Positions 45,012 to 61,162 of a DNA stretch of 64,000 nucleotides are shown one piece after another. Each line of letters begins with the position of its first letter. The stretch's first letter is position 1. The DNA comes from Escherichia coli (lineage in GTDB: Bacteria; Pseudomonadota; Gammaproteobacteria; Enterobacterales; Enterobacteriaceae), in the NCBI RefSeq assembly GCF_046105845.1, contig NZ_CP151004.1; one strand, given 5' to 3'. The position numbers and the translations under genes are program-made. The notes below the pieces were generated by a model, which was not told where the DNA came from, made no database searches, and saw only the letters and a program-made list of their open reading frames with translations.

Positions 45012-45971
45012 TTACGCGTAACCGTAGCTCATCAGGCGCTGATAACGACGATTTTTTAAATCTTCAGTGCTTAACACGTCGAGATCGGCCAGATCCGCCA
45101 GCAGCTGCGCTTTCAGAGACGCAGCCATCGCTTCCGGGTTACGGTGAGCACCACCCAGCGGTTCCGGGATGATGGAGTCGATCAGTTTCAGTTCTTTCAA
45201 ACGCGGAGCGATGATACCCATCGCTTCAGCCGCCAGCGGCGCTTTGTCGGCGCTCTTCCACAGAATGGACGCACAACCTTCCGGCGAGATAACGGAATAG
45301 GTGCTGTATTGCAGCATATTCACTTTATCGCCCACGCCAATCGCCAGCGCGCCGCCAGAACCACCTTCACCGATAACGGTACAAATAGTCGGTACGCTAA
45401 GGCGAGACATTTCACGCAGGTTGCGTGCAATGGCTTCAGACTGACCGCGCTCTTCTGCGCCCACGCCCGGATAAGCCCCCGGGGTGTCGATAAAGGTGAT
45501 GATTGGCATCTTAAAGCGTTCAGCCATTTGCATCAGACGCAGTGCTTTGCGATAACCTTCTGGCGCTGGCATGCCAAAGTTACGGCGAATTTTTTCTTTG
45601 GTTTCACGACCTTTTTGATGACCAATGATCATCACCGGACGACCATCGAGACGGGCGATACCACCGACGATAGCTTTATCGTCTGCATACGCGCGGTCGC
45701 CAGCCAGTTCGTCAAATTCATCAAATGCCAGGCGAACGTAATCCAGGGTATAAGGACGCTGTGGATGGCGTGCCAGTTGCGCAATCTGCCATGCACCGAG
45801 ATCGGCGAAGATTTTACGCGTCAGTTCTACGCTTTTTTCACGCAGACGATGCACTTCTTCATCGATGTTAATATCCAGTTTCTCATCCTGACGGCTAACC
45901 GCAGTCAGAGAATCGATTTTCGCTTCCAGCTCTGCAATCGGCTGTTCAAAATCAAGGAAATTCAGACTCAT
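45012..45971 (-). CDS. accA: acetyl-CoA carboxylase carboxyltransferase subunit alpha
   Basis: 319-aa ORF; sequence recognised as AccA. Synteny. Confidence 0.96.
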
Positions 45972-45983
45972 AGTATTCCTGTA

Positions 45984-48900
45984 TTAGTCAAACTCCAGTT
46001 CCACCTGCTCCGAACCAATGAGGCCACGGAGATCGTTTAATAAACGATCGCTCGGAGAGACACGCCACGTCGCGCCAAAACGCAACCGCGCGCGTGCATC
46101 CGCCCTCTGATAGTAGAGATGTACTGGAATTGTCCCAGAGCGGTGGGGTTCCAGAGACTGACGGAGTCGGTTTAAAAGCTGGTCATCAATTTGCCTGTCC
46201 GTCAGCGAGATAGCAAGCCCGCGAGCATATTTTTCCCGGGCTTCGTCAATATCCATCACTTCGCGAGCGGTCATTTTAAGCCCACCGCTGAAGTCATCAA
46301 AGCTGACCTGTCCGCTGACGATAAGTATGCGGTCTTTTTCCAGCAATTGCTGGTATTTATCCAGGGCGTCAGTAAACAACATCACTTCCAGCCGCCCGGA
46401 ACGGTCATCCAGCGTGCAGATACCGATACGATTACCGCGCTTGGTGACCATAACCCGCGCGGCAACAACGAGCCCCGCAGCCGTGATGACTTTACCACGT
46501 TCTGTCGGGTGCATGTCTTTCAGCCTTACGCCTCCGACATAACGCTCAATCTCTTTTAAATACTGGTTGATAGGGTGTCCCGTCAGGTACAGACCTAACG
46601 TTTCACGTTCCCCATCTAATACCACCTGCTCCGGCCACGGTTGGCAGCTGGCGTAGGATTGTTCAATTTGTTCCGGCTCTTCGGCCAGCACACCGAACAT
46701 ATCGGCCTGACCGATAGCTTCCGCTTTCGCGTGTTGATCTGCCGCTTTTAACGCATCGCCCAGCGAGTTCATCAGCGCCGCGCGGTGTGGCCCAAGACGG
46801 TCAAACGCCCCGGACATGATCAGTTTTTCCAGTACCCGCCGGTTTAACTTTTTGGTGTCGGTACGGGCGCAGAGATCAAACAGTTCGCGGAAGTAGCCGC
46901 CTTTATTACGGGCTTCGATGATCGCCTCAATCGGACCTTCACCGACCCCTTTGATCGCGCCAATACCATACACGATTTCGCCGTCGTCGTTGACGTGGAA
47001 ATGGTAAAGACCGGAGTTTATATCCGGCGGCAGGATTTTCAGCCCCATCCGCCAGCACTCATCCACCAGGCCCACCACCTTCTCGGTATTGTCCATATCG
47101 GCGGTCATTACCGCCGCCATAAACTCCGCCGGATAGTGCGCTTTCAGCCATAACGTTTGATATGACACCAAAGCATAGGCCGCAGAGTGCGATTTGTTAA
47201 ATCCGTAACCAGCGAATTTCTCCACCAGGTCGAAGATTTTCATCGCCAGTTCGGCGTTGATTCCGTTCTTTTCTGCACCTTCAGCAAATACAGAACGCTG
47301 CTTAGCCATCTCTTCCGGCTTTTTCTTACCCATCGCACGACGCAGCATATCCGCGCCACCGAGGGTATAACCAGAAAGCACCTGGGCAATCTGCATGACC
47401 TGTTCCTGATACAGGATGATGCCGTAGGTTGGCTCCAGTACCGGTTTCAGGCTTTCATGCTGCCACTGCACGTCCGGATAGGAGATCTCTTCGCGACCAT
47501 GTTTACGGTCGATAAAGTTATCCACCATCCCTGATTGCAACGGACCGGGGCGGAACAGTGCCACCAGTGCGATCATATCTTCGAAGCAGTCAGGTTGCAG
47601 ACGCTTGATCAGGTCCTTCATGCCGCGCGATTCAAGCTGGAATACCGCAGTGGTTTCCGAGCGTTGCAGCATGTCGAAGCTTTTCTTGTCATCCAGCGGG
47701 ATCGCGGCGATATCCAGAGGCGGCTCGCCATTCTTCGCCCGCCGCTTGTTGATCATCTCCAGCGCCCAGTTGATGATGGTGAGCGTACGCAAACCAAGGA
47801 AGTCGAACTTCACCAGTCCGGCGTATTCAACGTCGCTTTTATCAAACTGGGTGACCGGATGTTTGCCCTCTTCATCGCAGTAAAGCGGCGCAAAATCAGT
47901 AATTTTGGTCGGTGCGATAACCACCCCACCGGCGTGCTTACCGGCGTTACGGGTGACCCCTTCCAGTTTGCGCGCCATGTCGATTAGCGCCTTAACTTCT
48001 TCATCCGCTTCGTAGATTTCCGGCAGCTGCGGCTCGGCTTCAAACGCTTTCGCCAGCGTCATCCCCGGATCGGACGGGATCAGTTTCGAGATACGATCGA
48101 CAAAGCCGTACGGATGCCCCAGCACGCGACCTACGTCGCGGATCACCGCTTTCGCCGCCATCGTACCGAAGGTGATGATCTGCGATACCGCATCACGACC
48201 GTACATGTCCGCTACGTGCTCGATAACCTGGTCGCGTTTCTCCATACAGAAGTCAACGTCGAAGTCAGGCATGGAGACACGTTCCGGGTTAAGGAAACGT
48301 TCGAACAGCAGGTCAAATTCCAGCGGATCGAGGTCGGTGATTTTCAGCGCGTAGGCCACCAGTGAACCCGCACCGGAGCCACGGCCTGGCCCTACCGGTA
48401 CGCCGTTATCTTTCGACCACTGGATAAATTCCATAACGATGAGGAAGTAGCCCGGGAAGCCCATCTGGTTGATAACCTGAAGTTCAGTCTCCAGACGTTC
48501 GTCATATTCCGGGCGGCGCTTAACACGTTCTTCCTCGTCAGGGAATAAAAAGGCCAGACGCTCTTCCAGCCCCTCTTTTGCACGCTTGACCAGATAATCT
48601 TCGGTGCTCATGTCCCCGGTCGGGAACTGCGGCAGGAAGTATTCACCAAGACGCACGGTTACGTTACAACGTTTGGCGATCTCAACGGTGTTGGCAAGAG
48701 CTTCGGGGATGTCGGCAAACAGCTCGCACATCTCCTCTTCGCTACGCATATATTGCTGCGGCGAATAGTTACGCGGGCGTTTAGGATCGTCGAGGGTAAA
48801 GCCGTCGTGGATCGCGACGCGGATTTCGTGTGCGTCAAAGTCGCTGCTGTCGATAAAGCGCACGTCGTTGGTCGCCACGACGGGCAAACCGCGCGCTTCC

Positions 48901-49466
48901 GCCAGTTCCACCGCCGCGTGCAGATAGCTTTCTTCGTCCGGCCTGCCGGTGCGGATCAGCTCGAGAAAATAGCGATCCGGGAAGTGTTCTTCATAAAACG
49001 CGACACACTCATCTACCAGCGCGCTGTTACCACGCAAAAGACTGCGTCCGACGTCGCCCATGCGCCCGCCGGAAAGAAGGATCAACCCTTCGTTTAATTC
49101 GATAAGCCAGTCGCGATCGATGATCGGCCCGGCGGCACCGTACCCGCGCTGATACGCTTTTGAGATCAGCAACGTCAGATTCTGATAGCCGGTATTGTTC
49201 GCCGCCAGCACCGTCAGGTGGGTTAACTCATCACCCAGCAGGTCGCACTGGACATTAAAATCTGCCCCGACGATAGGCTTAATCCCTGCGCCATGTCCCG
49301 CTCCGTAGAACTTCACCAGACCGCAAAGGTTGGTGAAATCGGTGATCGCCAGTGCTGGCATCCCTAACGCCGCCGCCTTTTTTACCAGCGGCGCGGTTTT
49401 GGCCAGGCCATCGATCATCGAGTAGTCGCTGTGCACCCGCAGGTGTACGAAACGTGGTTCAGACAT
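45984..49466 (-). CDS. dnaE: DNA polymerase III alpha subunit
   Basis: 1160-aa ORF with N-terminal PHP domain ([20 protein letters not shown]). Synteny. Confidence 0.97.
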   Translation of the reverse strand: MSEPRFVHLRVHSDYSMIDGLAKTAPLVKKAAALGMPALAITDFTNLCGLVKFYGAGHGAGIKPIVGADFNVQCDLLGDELTHLTVLAANNTGYQNLTLLISKAYQRGYGAAGPIIDRDWLIELNEGLILLSGGRMGDVGRSLLRGNSALVDECVAFYEEHFPDRYFLELIRTGRPDEESYLHAAVELAEARGLPVVATNDVRFIDSSDFDAHEIRVAIHDGFTLDDPKRPRNYSPQQYMRSEEEMCELFADIPEALANTVEIAKRCNVTVRLGEYFLPQFPTGDMSTEDYLVKRAKEGLEERLAFLFPDEEERVKRRPEYDERLETELQVINQMGFPGYFLIVMEFIQWSKDNGVPVGPGRGSGAGSLVAYALKITDLDPLEFDLLFERFLNPERVSMPDFDVDFCMEKRDQVIEHVADMYGRDAVSQIITFGTMAAKAVIRDVGRVLGHPYGFVDRISKLIPSDPGMTLAKAFEAEPQLPEIYEADEEVKALIDMARKLEGVTRNAGKHAGGVVIAPTKITDFAPLYCDEEGKHPVTQFDKSDVEYAGLVKFDFLGLRTLTIINWALEMINKRRAKNGEPPLDIAAIPLDDKKSFDMLQRSETTAVFQLESRGMKDLIKRLQPDCFEDMIALVALFRPGPLQSGMVDNFIDRKHGREEISYPDVQWQHESLKPVLEPTYGIILYQEQVMQIAQVLSGYTLGGADMLRRAMGKKKPEEMAKQRSVFAEGAEKNGINAELAMKIFDLVEKFAGYGFNKSHSAAYALVSYQTLWLKAHYPAEFMAAVMTADMDNTEKVVGLVDECWRMGLKILPPDINSGLYHFHVNDDGEIVYGIGAIKGVGEGPIEAIIEARNKGGYFRELFDLCARTDTKKLNRRVLEKLIMSGAFDRLGPHRAALMNSLGDALKAADQHAKAEAIGQADMFGVLAEEPEQIEQSYASCQPWPEQVVLDGERETLGLYLTGHPINQYLKEIERYVGGVRLKDMHPTERGKVITAAGLVVAARVMVTKRGNRIGICTLDDRSGRLEVMLFTDALDKYQQLLEKDRILIVSGQVSFDDFSGGLKMTAREVMDIDEAREKYARGLAISLTDRQIDDQLLNRLRQSLEPHRSGTIPVHLYYQRADARARLRFGATWRVSPSDRLLNDLRGLIGSEQVELEFD

Positions 49467-49502
49467 CTTCAGATTCCGGTTTACTTAATCTCGACACAAG
49501 AA

Positions 49503-50099
49503 TCAGGACGCAAGTCCCAGTGCGCGTTTGACAGGCCCAAAGCTGCGACGATGATGTTCAGTCGCGCCATATTCAGCCAGTTTTTCCAGATGAAAAGCAG
49601 TTGGATACCCTTTGTGTTGGGCAAAACCATATTGCGGGAAAACAATATCCAGCGCCGCCATTTCGGCGTCACGCGTCACTTTCGCCAGGATAGACGCAGC
49701 ACTGATTTCCGGTACGCGGCTATCGCCTTTCACCACTGCCATCGAAGGTATCGGTAATTTCGGGCAGCGGTTACCATCAATCAACACATATTCCGGCGCA
49801 ATATGCAGCCCAGCGACGGCACGCTGCATCGCCAGCATGGTCGCGTGTAAAATATTCAGTTCGTCGATTTCGTGGGGTTCCGCGCGGCCCAGACTCCAGC
49901 TCAACGCTTTCTCTTTGATCTCTTCACAGAGCGCCAGACGGCGTTTTTCGCTCAGCTTTTTGGAATCATTCAGCCCGGCAATCGGGCGCGACGGGTCAAG
50001 GATCACCGCAGCGGTGACGACCGCGCCAACTAACGGCCCGCGTCCGACTTCATCCACACCCGCAACCAGCTGCGTGTGCGGATAAACAAATTCGATCAT
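49503..50099 (-). CDS. rnhB: ribonuclease HII
   Basis: 198-aa ORF with motif [11 protein letters not shown]. Synteny. Confidence 0.96.
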   Translation of the reverse strand: MIEFVYPHTQLVAGVDEVGRGPLVGAVVTAAVILDPSRPIAGLNDSKKLSEKRRLALCEEIKEKALSWSLGRAEPHEIDELNILHATMLAMQRAVAGLHIAPEYVLIDGNRCPKLPIPSMAVVKGDSRVPEISAASILAKVTRDAEMAALDIVFPQYGFAQHKGYPTAFHLEKLAEYGATEHHRRSFGPVKRALGLAS

Positions 50100-51244
50100 T
50101 GTGCTAACTCCAGAACGGCTTGTGCCGCCTGCTCATCGGCATTGCAGCGGATCTGCTGATGCAGTTCACGGAAGGTATCGTGCATCGCGTGGCTGGTTTT
50201 CCCGTTCGCCAACAGCGGTAACAGCGCCGCAGCCAGTTTTTGCGGCTCACACTCTTCCTGCAATAACTCTTTGACTAACTCTCTGCCCGCCAGCAAATTG
50301 GGTAGAGAGACATAATCAGTTTTCACCAGTCGCTTCGCCAGCCAGAAGGTAAAAGGCTTCATGCGATATCCCACTACCATCGGGCATTTCGCCAGCATGC
50401 ACTCCAGTGCTGCCGTCCCCGACGCCAGTAGTGCCGCATCACTGGCGACCATCGCCTCACGGCCCAACCCATCCAGCATATGAACCGACAGGTCTGGCGC
50501 AACTTCAGCTTTGATGCGTTCAAACTGCTCGCGGCGTTTGGCATTCACCAGCGGCACCACGATTTCGAGATCCGGATATGTCTGGCGCAAAAGCTGGGCC
50601 GTTTTCAGGAAATCGGCACTAAGCATTTCGACTTCTGCACCACGGCTGCCCGGCAACAATGCCAGACAGTGGGCATCGTGAGGGATCCCCAGTACATCAC
50701 GGGCACCATTTTTATCTGGATCTAACGGCATGGCATCAGCCATGGTATGACCGATAAAGCGGCACGGTACGTTGTATTTGTCATAAAACGCTTTTTCGAA
50801 AGGCAGAAATGCGAGCACCAGATCGGTGGCTCTGCCTATTTTGAAAACGCGTTTCTGTCGCCACGCCCAGACGGACGGACTGACGTAATGAATGGTTTTG
50901 ATACCCTGCTTTTTGAGGTTACCTTCAAGAGTAATATTGAAGTCAGGCGCATCAATACCGACAAAAACATCTGGCTTCAGTTCGCCAAAACGCTTTGTCA
51001 GATCGGCACGAATATGCAGTAAGCGACGCAGACGCCCGAGCACTTCAACAATGCCCATCACCGCCAGCTCTTCCATTTCGTACCAGGCTTCGCAGCCTTC
51101 AGCCTGCATTCGTGGCCCGGCAACACCAACAAAGCGGGCGTTGGGCACACGTTCTTTCAGAGCGCGGATTAAACCGGCCCCCAGGATATCGCCGGAGGTT
51201 TCTCCGGCGACCAGGGCAATCGTTAATGGACGCTGTTCAGTCAT
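50096..51244 (-). CDS. lpxB: lipid-A-disaccharide synthase
   Basis: 382-aa ORF; sequence and synteny. Confidence 0.96.
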   Translation of the reverse strand: MTEQRPLTIALVAGETSGDILGAGLIRALKERVPNARFVGVAGPRMQAEGCEAWYEMEELAVMGIVEVLGRLRRLLHIRADLTKRFGELKPDVFVGIDAPDFNITLEGNLKKQGIKTIHYVSPSVWAWRQKRVFKIGRATDLVLAFLPFEKAFYDKYNVPCRFIGHTMADAMPLDPDKNGARDVLGIPHDAHCLALLPGSRGAEVEMLSADFLKTAQLLRQTYPDLEIVVPLVNAKRREQFERIKAEVAPDLSVHMLDGLGREAMVASDAALLASGTAALECMLAKCPMVVGYRMKPFTFWLAKRLVKTDYVSLPNLLAGRELVKELLQEECEPQKLAAALLPLLANGKTSHAMHDTFRELHQQIRCNADEQAAQAVLELAQ

Positions 51245-52032
51245 TAACGAATCAGACCGCGCGTTGAGCGTGCAAAGAAATCGGTAAAGGCTTTCACTTC
51301 CGGATATGTTTCCGCCAGTTCAGCAATTTCCGGTTTCACTTCATCGAGCGTTTTACCGCTACGATAAATCAGCTTATACGCATTGCGGATAGCGGTAATC
51401 GCCTCACGGCTGAATCCGCGGCGCTTCAGCCCTTCGATATTGACACCGAACGGCGTTGCGTGGTTACCCTGCGCAATGACATAAGGAGGGACGTCCTGCG
51501 CCACACCGGAGCAGCCGCCAACCATCACATGCGCACCAATGATGCAGAACTGATGGACTGCGGTCATGCCGCCGATGATCGCGAAGTCGTCAACCGATAC
51601 GTGACCCGCCAGCGTTGCGTTGTTGGCGAGGATGCAGCGGTTACCTACCGTACAATCGTGCGCAATGTGCGCGTTGATCATCAGTAAGTTGTCGCTGCCC
51701 ACCTTCGTCAATCCACCGCCCTGGACTGTGCCACGATGAATGGTGACGCTTTCGCGAATGCGGTTACGATCGCCGATTTCCACGCGGGTCGGTTCGCCAG
51801 CATATTTCAGATCCTGGTTAACTTCGCCGATGGAGGCGAACTGATAAATCTCATTATCGCGGCCAATTTTAGTATGACCATTCACGACAACGTGAGATTT
51901 CAGTACGGTACCCTCACCAATTTCGACATGGGGTCCAACGATACAAAAAGGACCAATGTGAGCGTTCGCGCCAATCGACGCGCCCTCTTCCACAATGGCG
52001 GTTGGATGCACAAAGGCGGATTTATCAATCAC
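51244..52032 (-). CDS. lpxA: UDP-N-acetylglucosamine O-acyltransferase
   Basis: 262-aa ORF with hexapeptide repeats. Synteny. Confidence 0.96.
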
Positions 52033-52035
52033 GTA

Positions 52036-52491
52036 TCAGGCCTCCCGGCTACGAGCACACATCATCGTTGCTTCGCAAACTACTTTACCGTCGACCAGAG
52101 CAACCCCTTTAAAACGGGTCAGGCCGCGGCGCGTTTTTTCGAAAGTGACTTCCATGATCATTTGATCGCCAGGCACGACCGGGCGCTTGAAGCGCGCTTC
52201 GTCAATACCAGCGAAGTAGTACAGCTCACCCGGTTCCAGTTTTCCTACGCTTTTAAACGCCAGAATACCTGTTGCCTGTGCCATTGCTTCCAGAATCAGC
52301 ACACCCGGGAAAATCGGTTTTCCAGGGAAATGGCCCTGGAAGAATGGCTCATTGACAGAGACATTTTTTACTGCGCGCAGAAAACGACCTTCTTCAAAAT
52401 CCAGCACGCGATCCACCAGTAAGAACGGGAAACGGTGCGGCAGAAGTTCTAAAATCTCTTCAATCTGCAGAGTATGAGTGTTAGTAGTCAA
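52036..52491 (-). CDS. fabZ: 3-hydroxyacyl-ACP dehydratase FabZ
   Basis: 151-aa product ([28 protein letters not shown]...) from a TTG start, which I recall is the known fabZ start. The track ORF is extended to an upstream in-frame ATG. Confidence 0.9.
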
Positions 52492-52595
52492 GATACTCTT
52501 CCTGTCAAAATATAAGAAACGACAATAATAACACGGCCTGCCGCAATCGTAAGAATGAGACAGGCCGTAAAGTTTGGCGAACAAAAGATGGAACG

Positions 52596-53621
52596 TTAGT
52601 CTTGTTGATTAACCTTGCGCTCAAGCGATTTCAGACGCTTGCTCATGTCATCAATGTTCATCACCAGTGCAGCGGTTTTGCGCCAGACTTTGTTGGGTTG
52701 CAGCGGAATGCCTGAGGAATAGACGCCTGGTTCAGTGATGGGACGCATCACCATACCCATGCCCGTAACCGTCACTTTGTCGCATATTTCCATATGCCCG
52801 TTGATTACGCTGGCTCCGCCGATCATGCAGTAACGACCAATTTTCAGGCTGCCCGCCATAATGACGCCACCGGCAACCGCCGTATTGTCGCCAATCACGA
52901 CGTTATGTGCAATCTGGCACTGGTTATCAATGATCACGCCATTGCCAATAACAGTGTCATCCAGCGCGCCGCGATCGATGGTAGTACATGCGCCGATCTC
53001 CACGCGATCGCCAATAATTACGCGACCAATCTGCGGGATCTTCACCCAGTTACCACGATCGTTGGCATAACCAAAGCCGTCTGCACCTACCACTGTTCCG
53101 GACTGGATCAGGCAATTCTGACCGATCTGGATCTCATGGTAAATGGTTACGTTCGCCCAGAGACGCGAACCTGCACCGATTTTGCTGTTTTTACCTACGA
53201 AGCAACCGGCACCGATAATCACGTTATCGCCCAGTTCAACGCCGGACTCAATCACCGCGTTAGCGCCAATCGATACGTTGTTACCCAGCTTCGCCGTCGC
53301 GTCGATCACCGCACTGGGTGCAATGTTCTGCGCGGGCTGCGGCGTGGTATCTAAAATTTGCGCCATGCGCGCGTAAGTCAGGTAGGGATTCTTCACTACC
53401 AGTGCGGCACTTTTCGCGAAAGGAAGATCGTCCTGGGTCATGACAACCGCGGACGCCTGGCACAAGCCTAAATGCTCACGGTATTTTGGGTTAACCATGA
53501 ACGTGATGTGACCTGTTTGTGCAGATTGCATGGACGCAACGCCGGTGATGACGATATCGCCATCACCGTGTAGTTCTGCATCCAACTGCTGCGCTAAATC
53601 AGCCAGTCGAATTGAAGGCAT
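52596..53621 (-). CDS. lpxD: UDP-3-O-(3-hydroxymyristoyl)glucosamine N-acyltransferase
   Basis: 341-aa ORF with hexapeptide-repeat acyltransferase sequence. Synteny. Confidence 0.96.
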
Positions 53622-53624
53622 TAC

Positions 53625-54110
53625 TTATTTAACCTGTTTCAGTACGTCGGCAGTGATGTCTTTTACATCGCTGCTGTTGTAAGCAACGGCGTTTGCATCA
53701 ACAACCAGATCGATATCCTGGCTGTTGGCAACGGATTTCACAGCAGTCTGGATACGAGTAACCAGTTTGCCGCGTTCTTCGTTGGAACGACGTGCGCGAT
53801 CCTGCTCAAAAGCCTGCGCTTTCTGAGCAAAAGTCTGGCGCTGAGCCATCACGTCTTTTTCCAGTTTGGTGCGATCGCTGCCCGCTTTCATGGACTGCAG
53901 CTTTTTCATTTTAGCCTGCAGATCGGTTTCCATACGCTGCAGTTCGCTGGCACGGCCTTTGAACTCATTTTCCAGCGTGTTAGAAACACCGGTTTTCTGC
54001 GCTACCTGCTGGAACAGACTGCCCATATTGACGATTGCAATTTTGTCAGCCGCCTGAGCAGAAGTTGCCAGTGCTAAACCGAGACCTGCAGCTAATAACC
54101 ACTTTTTCAC
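53625..54110 (-). CDS. skp: periplasmic chaperone Skp (OmpH)
   Basis: 161-aa ORF with signal peptide and coiled-coil-rich sequence. Synteny. Confidence 0.95.
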   Translation of the reverse strand: MKKWLLAAGLGLALATSAQAADKIAIVNMGSLFQQVAQKTGVSNTLENEFKGRASELQRMETDLQAKMKKLQSMKAGSDRTKLEKDVMAQRQTFAQKAQAFEQDRARRSNEERGKLVTRIQTAVKSVANSQDIDLVVDANAVAYNSSDVKDITADVLKQVK

Positions 54111-54231
54111 AATAAACTCCTTACCATCCCATTTGCACCGGAGGGTGCAGTTCTTTGCGTGGCCCGGCGATCTTATATTGATCGCCTAAAGTCATCGCTA
54201 CACTACCACTACATTCCTTTGTGGAGAACAC

Positions 54232-56682
<2,451 letters not shown>

Positions 56683-56693
56683 CTAACTAACTC

Positions 56694-58046
56694 TCATAAC
56701 CGAGAGAAATCATTGAAAAGTGCAAGCCCCATTAACAGCACCAGCAGAATCGAGCCAATGCGATAACAAAAGTCTTGAACCCGCTCGGATACCGGTCCGC
56801 CCTTGATCTTTTCGATCGCAAGGAACAGCAGATGCCCCCCGTCAAGTACGGGCAACGGAAACAGGTTAATTATCCCTAAGTTCACGCTAATAAGCGCAAG
56901 AAACGGCAGGTAATAAACAACCCCGAGTTCCGCTGTCATCCCAGCCCCCTTGGCGATAGAGATCGGCCCACTGAGGTTGTTCAGTTTCACATCACCGGTG
57001 ATCAATTTTCCCAGCATACTGACCGTCAGCTTCATCAGCTGCCACGTTTTGTCCGTGGCTTCGACGATGGCGTTGAACGGCCCATACTGGCGTACAACTT
57101 TATACTCATCTGGCAAAGGAATGACTTTCGGCTCAATACCGACAAAACCAATCGCTTTACCATTACCCGGTTTACTCTCCGGGATTAATGTCAAAGACAA
57201 GGGACTCCCCTGCCTTTCGATTTCTAACGCTAAGGATTTACCCGGGTTATCCCGGACAAGCATCACAAAGGTCACCCACTGCGTTAAGGGCTGACCATCG
57301 ACTTTAACGATCCTGTCGCCTGCTTGCAAACCTGCCTTGCTTGCCGCCGAGTTTGGCTGCACATTTTCCAGTACAGGTTCAATTTGCGGCCCACGAGGAC
57401 GAATCCCCAGCGAAGATACCGGATCTTCTTTATCAGGCTCAAACGCCCAGTGACGTAAATCGAGCTTTACATCCCGCCGTTGGTCGCTGCCAAATGGCGC
57501 TACCGTAATGGTGGTGCTTTCATCGCCAATTTTATCGACCAACTGCAAACGCACGGCATCCCAATCAGGCGTTTCGATACCATCTACGGCTTTTAGTTCC
57601 GTACCTGGTGCAATTTGTGCTTCCGCAGCTATCGAATTGGCTGCTATTTCGCCAACCACCGGACGTACGCCAGGCACACCAATAATAAAAACCAGCCAGT
57701 AGGCAAAGATAGCAAAAATGAAGTTTGCAACCGGACCTGCGGCAATAATCGCCGCTCGTTGGCCGACAGATTTATTATTGAAGGCATGGTGGCGGAGTTC
57801 CGGAACGACCGGTTCTGCGCGCTCATCCAGCATTTTGACATAACCGCCCAACGGGATCAGGGCGATAACATATTCGGTGCCTAACTTATCAGTTCGCCGC
57901 CAGAGCGCCTTACCAAACCCTATAGAGAAACGCTCAACGCGAACACCACAACGCCGGGCAACCCAGAAATGACCAAATTCATGCACGGTGATAAGTACAC
58001 CCAGTGCAACGATGAACGAAGCCAAATCCCAGAGAAAACTCAGCAT
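56694..58046 (-). CDS. rseP: regulator of sigma-E protease RseP (site-2 protease)
   Basis: 450-aa product from [11 protein letters not shown] with HEFGH zinc motif and PDZ region. The track ORF is extended 15 codons upstream. Confidence 0.95.
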
Positions 58047-58057
58047 ATTACCTTCCG

Positions 58058-58915
58058 TTAAAGCGTCCTGAATACCAGTAACAACAAGCAAGCAAAGACC
58101 GGTACCGCAGCCGTCAGGCTATCAATACGATCTAAAATACCACCGTGTCCTGGAATTAAATGACCGCTGTCCTTAATTCCTGCTTCACGCTTAAACATAC
58201 TCTCGGTCAGATCGCCGAGCACTGAGGCTAACGCTGCGACAATAGAGCAAATGAGTAAGGTGACGGGAGCGACGTCGAGATTCGCCCACATGCCATAACC
58301 CCATGAGATTACCGCTGCAGTCGCGAGTCCACCGATAAAGCCTTGCCAGGTTTTACCCGGAGAAACCTTCGGTGCCAGCTTATGTTTACCAAACAATTTG
58401 CCAAACATATATGCGCCAGAGTCAGCGCCCCATACCAGGATCATGACATAGAGCAGCCATATTGCGCCACTGTAATGATTCTCGTCGTAGTGCCAGGCCC
58501 GTAACGCCAGCATGCCCCAGAAGAAAGGAACAATGGTTAGCACGCCAAAAATAATGCGCAATGTTTTAGAGTTACGCCAGATTGCTGCGGAACCTGGGTA
58601 AAACAGCACCAGCAATAGCGCGACAATCCACCAACCCAGCGAAGCCCAAAGTGAGATTTCAACCAGCGGTTGATGAATATTTCGGTGATATTCCGGCAAC
58701 AGAAAAAGCATCAGCGCCAACAATAACCCGCATAACACCGCCAACCATACTCGCTGCGAGCGAGTGGTAAAACCGCTAAGCTGTCCCCATTCCCACGCTG
58801 CCAGCATACAGACCACCAGCGTTACAATGGCGAACCCCACCGGCGGCAACAGAAACAACGCCGCGATGACGACGGGTATTAACACAAAAGCAGATATCAG
58901 GCGATACTTCAGCAA
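58058..58915 (-). CDS. cdsA: phosphatidate cytidylyltransferase (CDP-diglyceride synthase)
   Basis: 285-aa polytopic membrane protein. Synteny. Confidence 0.94.
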
Positions 58916-58927
58916 AAGCGACCCCCA

Positions 58928-59689
58928 TCAGGCTGTTTCATCACCGGGCTCGGTGCCGCCGAAACGACGCTCTCGATTAGCAAAGGCATTTAACGCCCCT
59001 TCAAAGTCTTGTTCATCGAAATCGGGCCAGAGAACATCTGTAAAGTAAAGTTCGGCATAGGCAATTTGCCAAAGCAAAAAGTTACTAATGCGATGCTCCC
59101 CCCCAGTCCTAATTACTAAATCTACAGGGGCCAGTTCATGCATACAGACATGCTGGTTTAGCATCTCTTCATCTATCTGATCTGGTTGCAGGTTTCCTTG
59201 CTGCACCTTTTCAGCCAGTTGCCTGACTCCCTGGACTATATCCCAACGTCCACCGTAGTTCGCCGCAATATTCAGCGTCAGACCGGTATTCCCGGCTGTT
59301 AGCGCTTCAGATTTACGAATACGTTCTTGCAAACGCGAGTTAAAGCGACTGGTATCGCCAATAATACGCAGACGCACGTTATGTCGGTGCAGACTCTTTA
59401 CTTCGCTATCAAGCGCCCACACAAACAGTTCCATTAACGCACTGACTTCCTGCGCTGGTCGGTTCCAGTTTTCACTACTAAAGGCATACAGAGTTAACGC
59501 CTCAATACCGTTGTTGGCCGCAAAAGAGACAGCCCGGCGGACGGATTTTGCCCCGGCTTTATGCCCAAAGGCACGAATCTTCCCTTGCTTTTTTGCCCAG
59601 CGACCATTGCCGTCCATAATGATCGCAACATGACGACAGCCATGCGCTGGCAATTTTTCGCTAAGTGGTTGAGTAGCAGACAACATCAC
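58928..59689 (-). CDS. uppS: undecaprenyl-diphosphate synthase
   Basis: 253-aa ORF with motif HVAIIMDGNGRWA. Confidence 0.96.
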   Translation of the reverse strand: MMLSATQPLSEKLPAHGCRHVAIIMDGNGRWAKKQGKIRAFGHKAGAKSVRRAVSFAANNGIEALTLYAFSSENWNRPAQEVSALMELFVWALDSEVKSLHRHNVRLRIIGDTSRFNSRLQERIRKSEALTAGNTGLTLNIAANYGGRWDIVQGVRQLAEKVQQGNLQPDQIDEEMLNQHVCMHELAPVDLVIRTGGEHRISNFLLWQIAYAELYFTDVLWPDFDEQDFEGALNAFANRERRFGGTEPGDETA

Positions 59690-59874
59690 GCGTTTTTTAT
59701 TCCCTGACAGGGTTTACGGTACTCAGGAATACTGAAGCCTATACAAAAAAAAGCCGTGTAAAACCACGGCATACCTGACCTTATAAAGCCAACTACTTAC
59801 GATCAGATGGCGCAGACTATATCACTGAAGCCCTACGCTAACAAATAGCGCGACTCTCTGTAGCCGGATTATCC

Positions 59875-61071
59875 TCAGCTTGCGAGACGCATCACCTCTT
59901 TTCTGGCGACTTCACGCGCGTTCGCATCAACAGATAACACATCGTCCACACATTGTGGTTCGCGCATATCCATTTTTTCCAGTACGGATAAATTCAACGC
60001 GGCGATATCCGTAAAGCGGATTTGTTGCGCAAGAAAAGCAGCAACGGTGATTTCGTTTGCGGCATTCAATGCTGTCGTCGCTGCCTGGCCTTGTTCGAAC
60101 GCCTCCATCGCCAGTTTCAGGCATGGATAACGATCATAATCCGGTGCGGCAAATGTCAACGCACTTAGTTTGCAAAAATCGAGCGGCTTCACGCCAGAGT
60201 TCACGCGATTCGGCCATGCCATGGTGTGGGCAATTGGCGTACGCATATCCGGTTCCCCCAGCTGCGCCAGAACACTGCCGTCCTGATAGCGCACCATTGA
60301 GTGAATCACTGACTGCGGGTGAATCAGCACTTCCATCTGGCTGGCGCTGGCGTTAAACAGCCAACGCGCTTCAATGTATTCCAGACCTTTGTTCATCATG
60401 GTAGCCGAATCGACAGAAATTTTACGCCCCATCGACCAGTTCGGATGACGGCAGGCTTGATCCGGCGTCATTGTTGCCAAATCGCGCAATGGCGTCTCAC
60501 GGAAAGGGCCACCAGACCCGGTAAGTAAAATGGACACCACGCCATTTTGCTCAAGGTCAGCGTATCCCAGATTATGCTGGATAGGTTGCGGTAAACTCTG
60601 AAAAATGGCGTTATGTTCGCTATCGACCGGTAACAATTGCGCTTTGCTCTGCTTTACGGCGTCCATAAACAGACGTCCGCAGGTAACCAGTGATTCTTTA
60701 TTGGCCAGCAAAATGGTTTTACCCGCGCGGATCGCAGCAAGCGTAGGTAACAGCCCAGCAGCGCCAACAATGGCTGCCATCACCTGATCAACATCCTCAA
60801 GCGCTGCCATATCGCAAGCGGCTTGTTGCCCACTTAAGACTTCGGTGCGGCTACCCTGTTGCTGTAGCATCGTTTTAAGAAGTTTCGCACTCGCTTCATC
60901 GTCCATTACGGCATAGCGGGGAGAGAATTCCAGGCACTGTTCTACCATGCGAGTGACATTTTTGCCTGCCACCAGCGCAACTACGCGGAAGTGTTCGGGA
61001 TTATGGCGCACCACGTCCAGCGTGCTGCAACCAATCGAGCCGGTCGAGCCCAGAATGGTGAGTTGCTTCAT
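59875..61071 (-). CDS. dxr: 1-deoxy-D-xylulose 5-phosphate reductoisomerase
   Basis: 398-aa ORF starting [14 protein letters not shown] (NADPH-binding). Synteny. Confidence 0.96.
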
Positions 61072-61103
61072 GAAACATCCAGAGTTGAGACAGAATAAAA
61101 AGC

Positions 61104-61150
61104 AAAACGCCGCCAGCCGATCCGCAAGGATCTACTGAGCGGCGTTTTTG
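61104..61150 (-). terminator. rho-independent terminator downstream of frr
   Basis: AAAACGCCGC...GCGGCGTTTT extended hairpin with T-run, between frr and dxr. Confidence 0.7.
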
Positions 61151-61162
61151 TCGTTCAAGAAA

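Noticed and set aside
52036-52584. Extended 182-aa fabZ ORF from the upstream ATG
   Set aside because: The N-terminal extension is not part of FabZ as I know it. The conserved protein starts at the in-frame TTG (52491).
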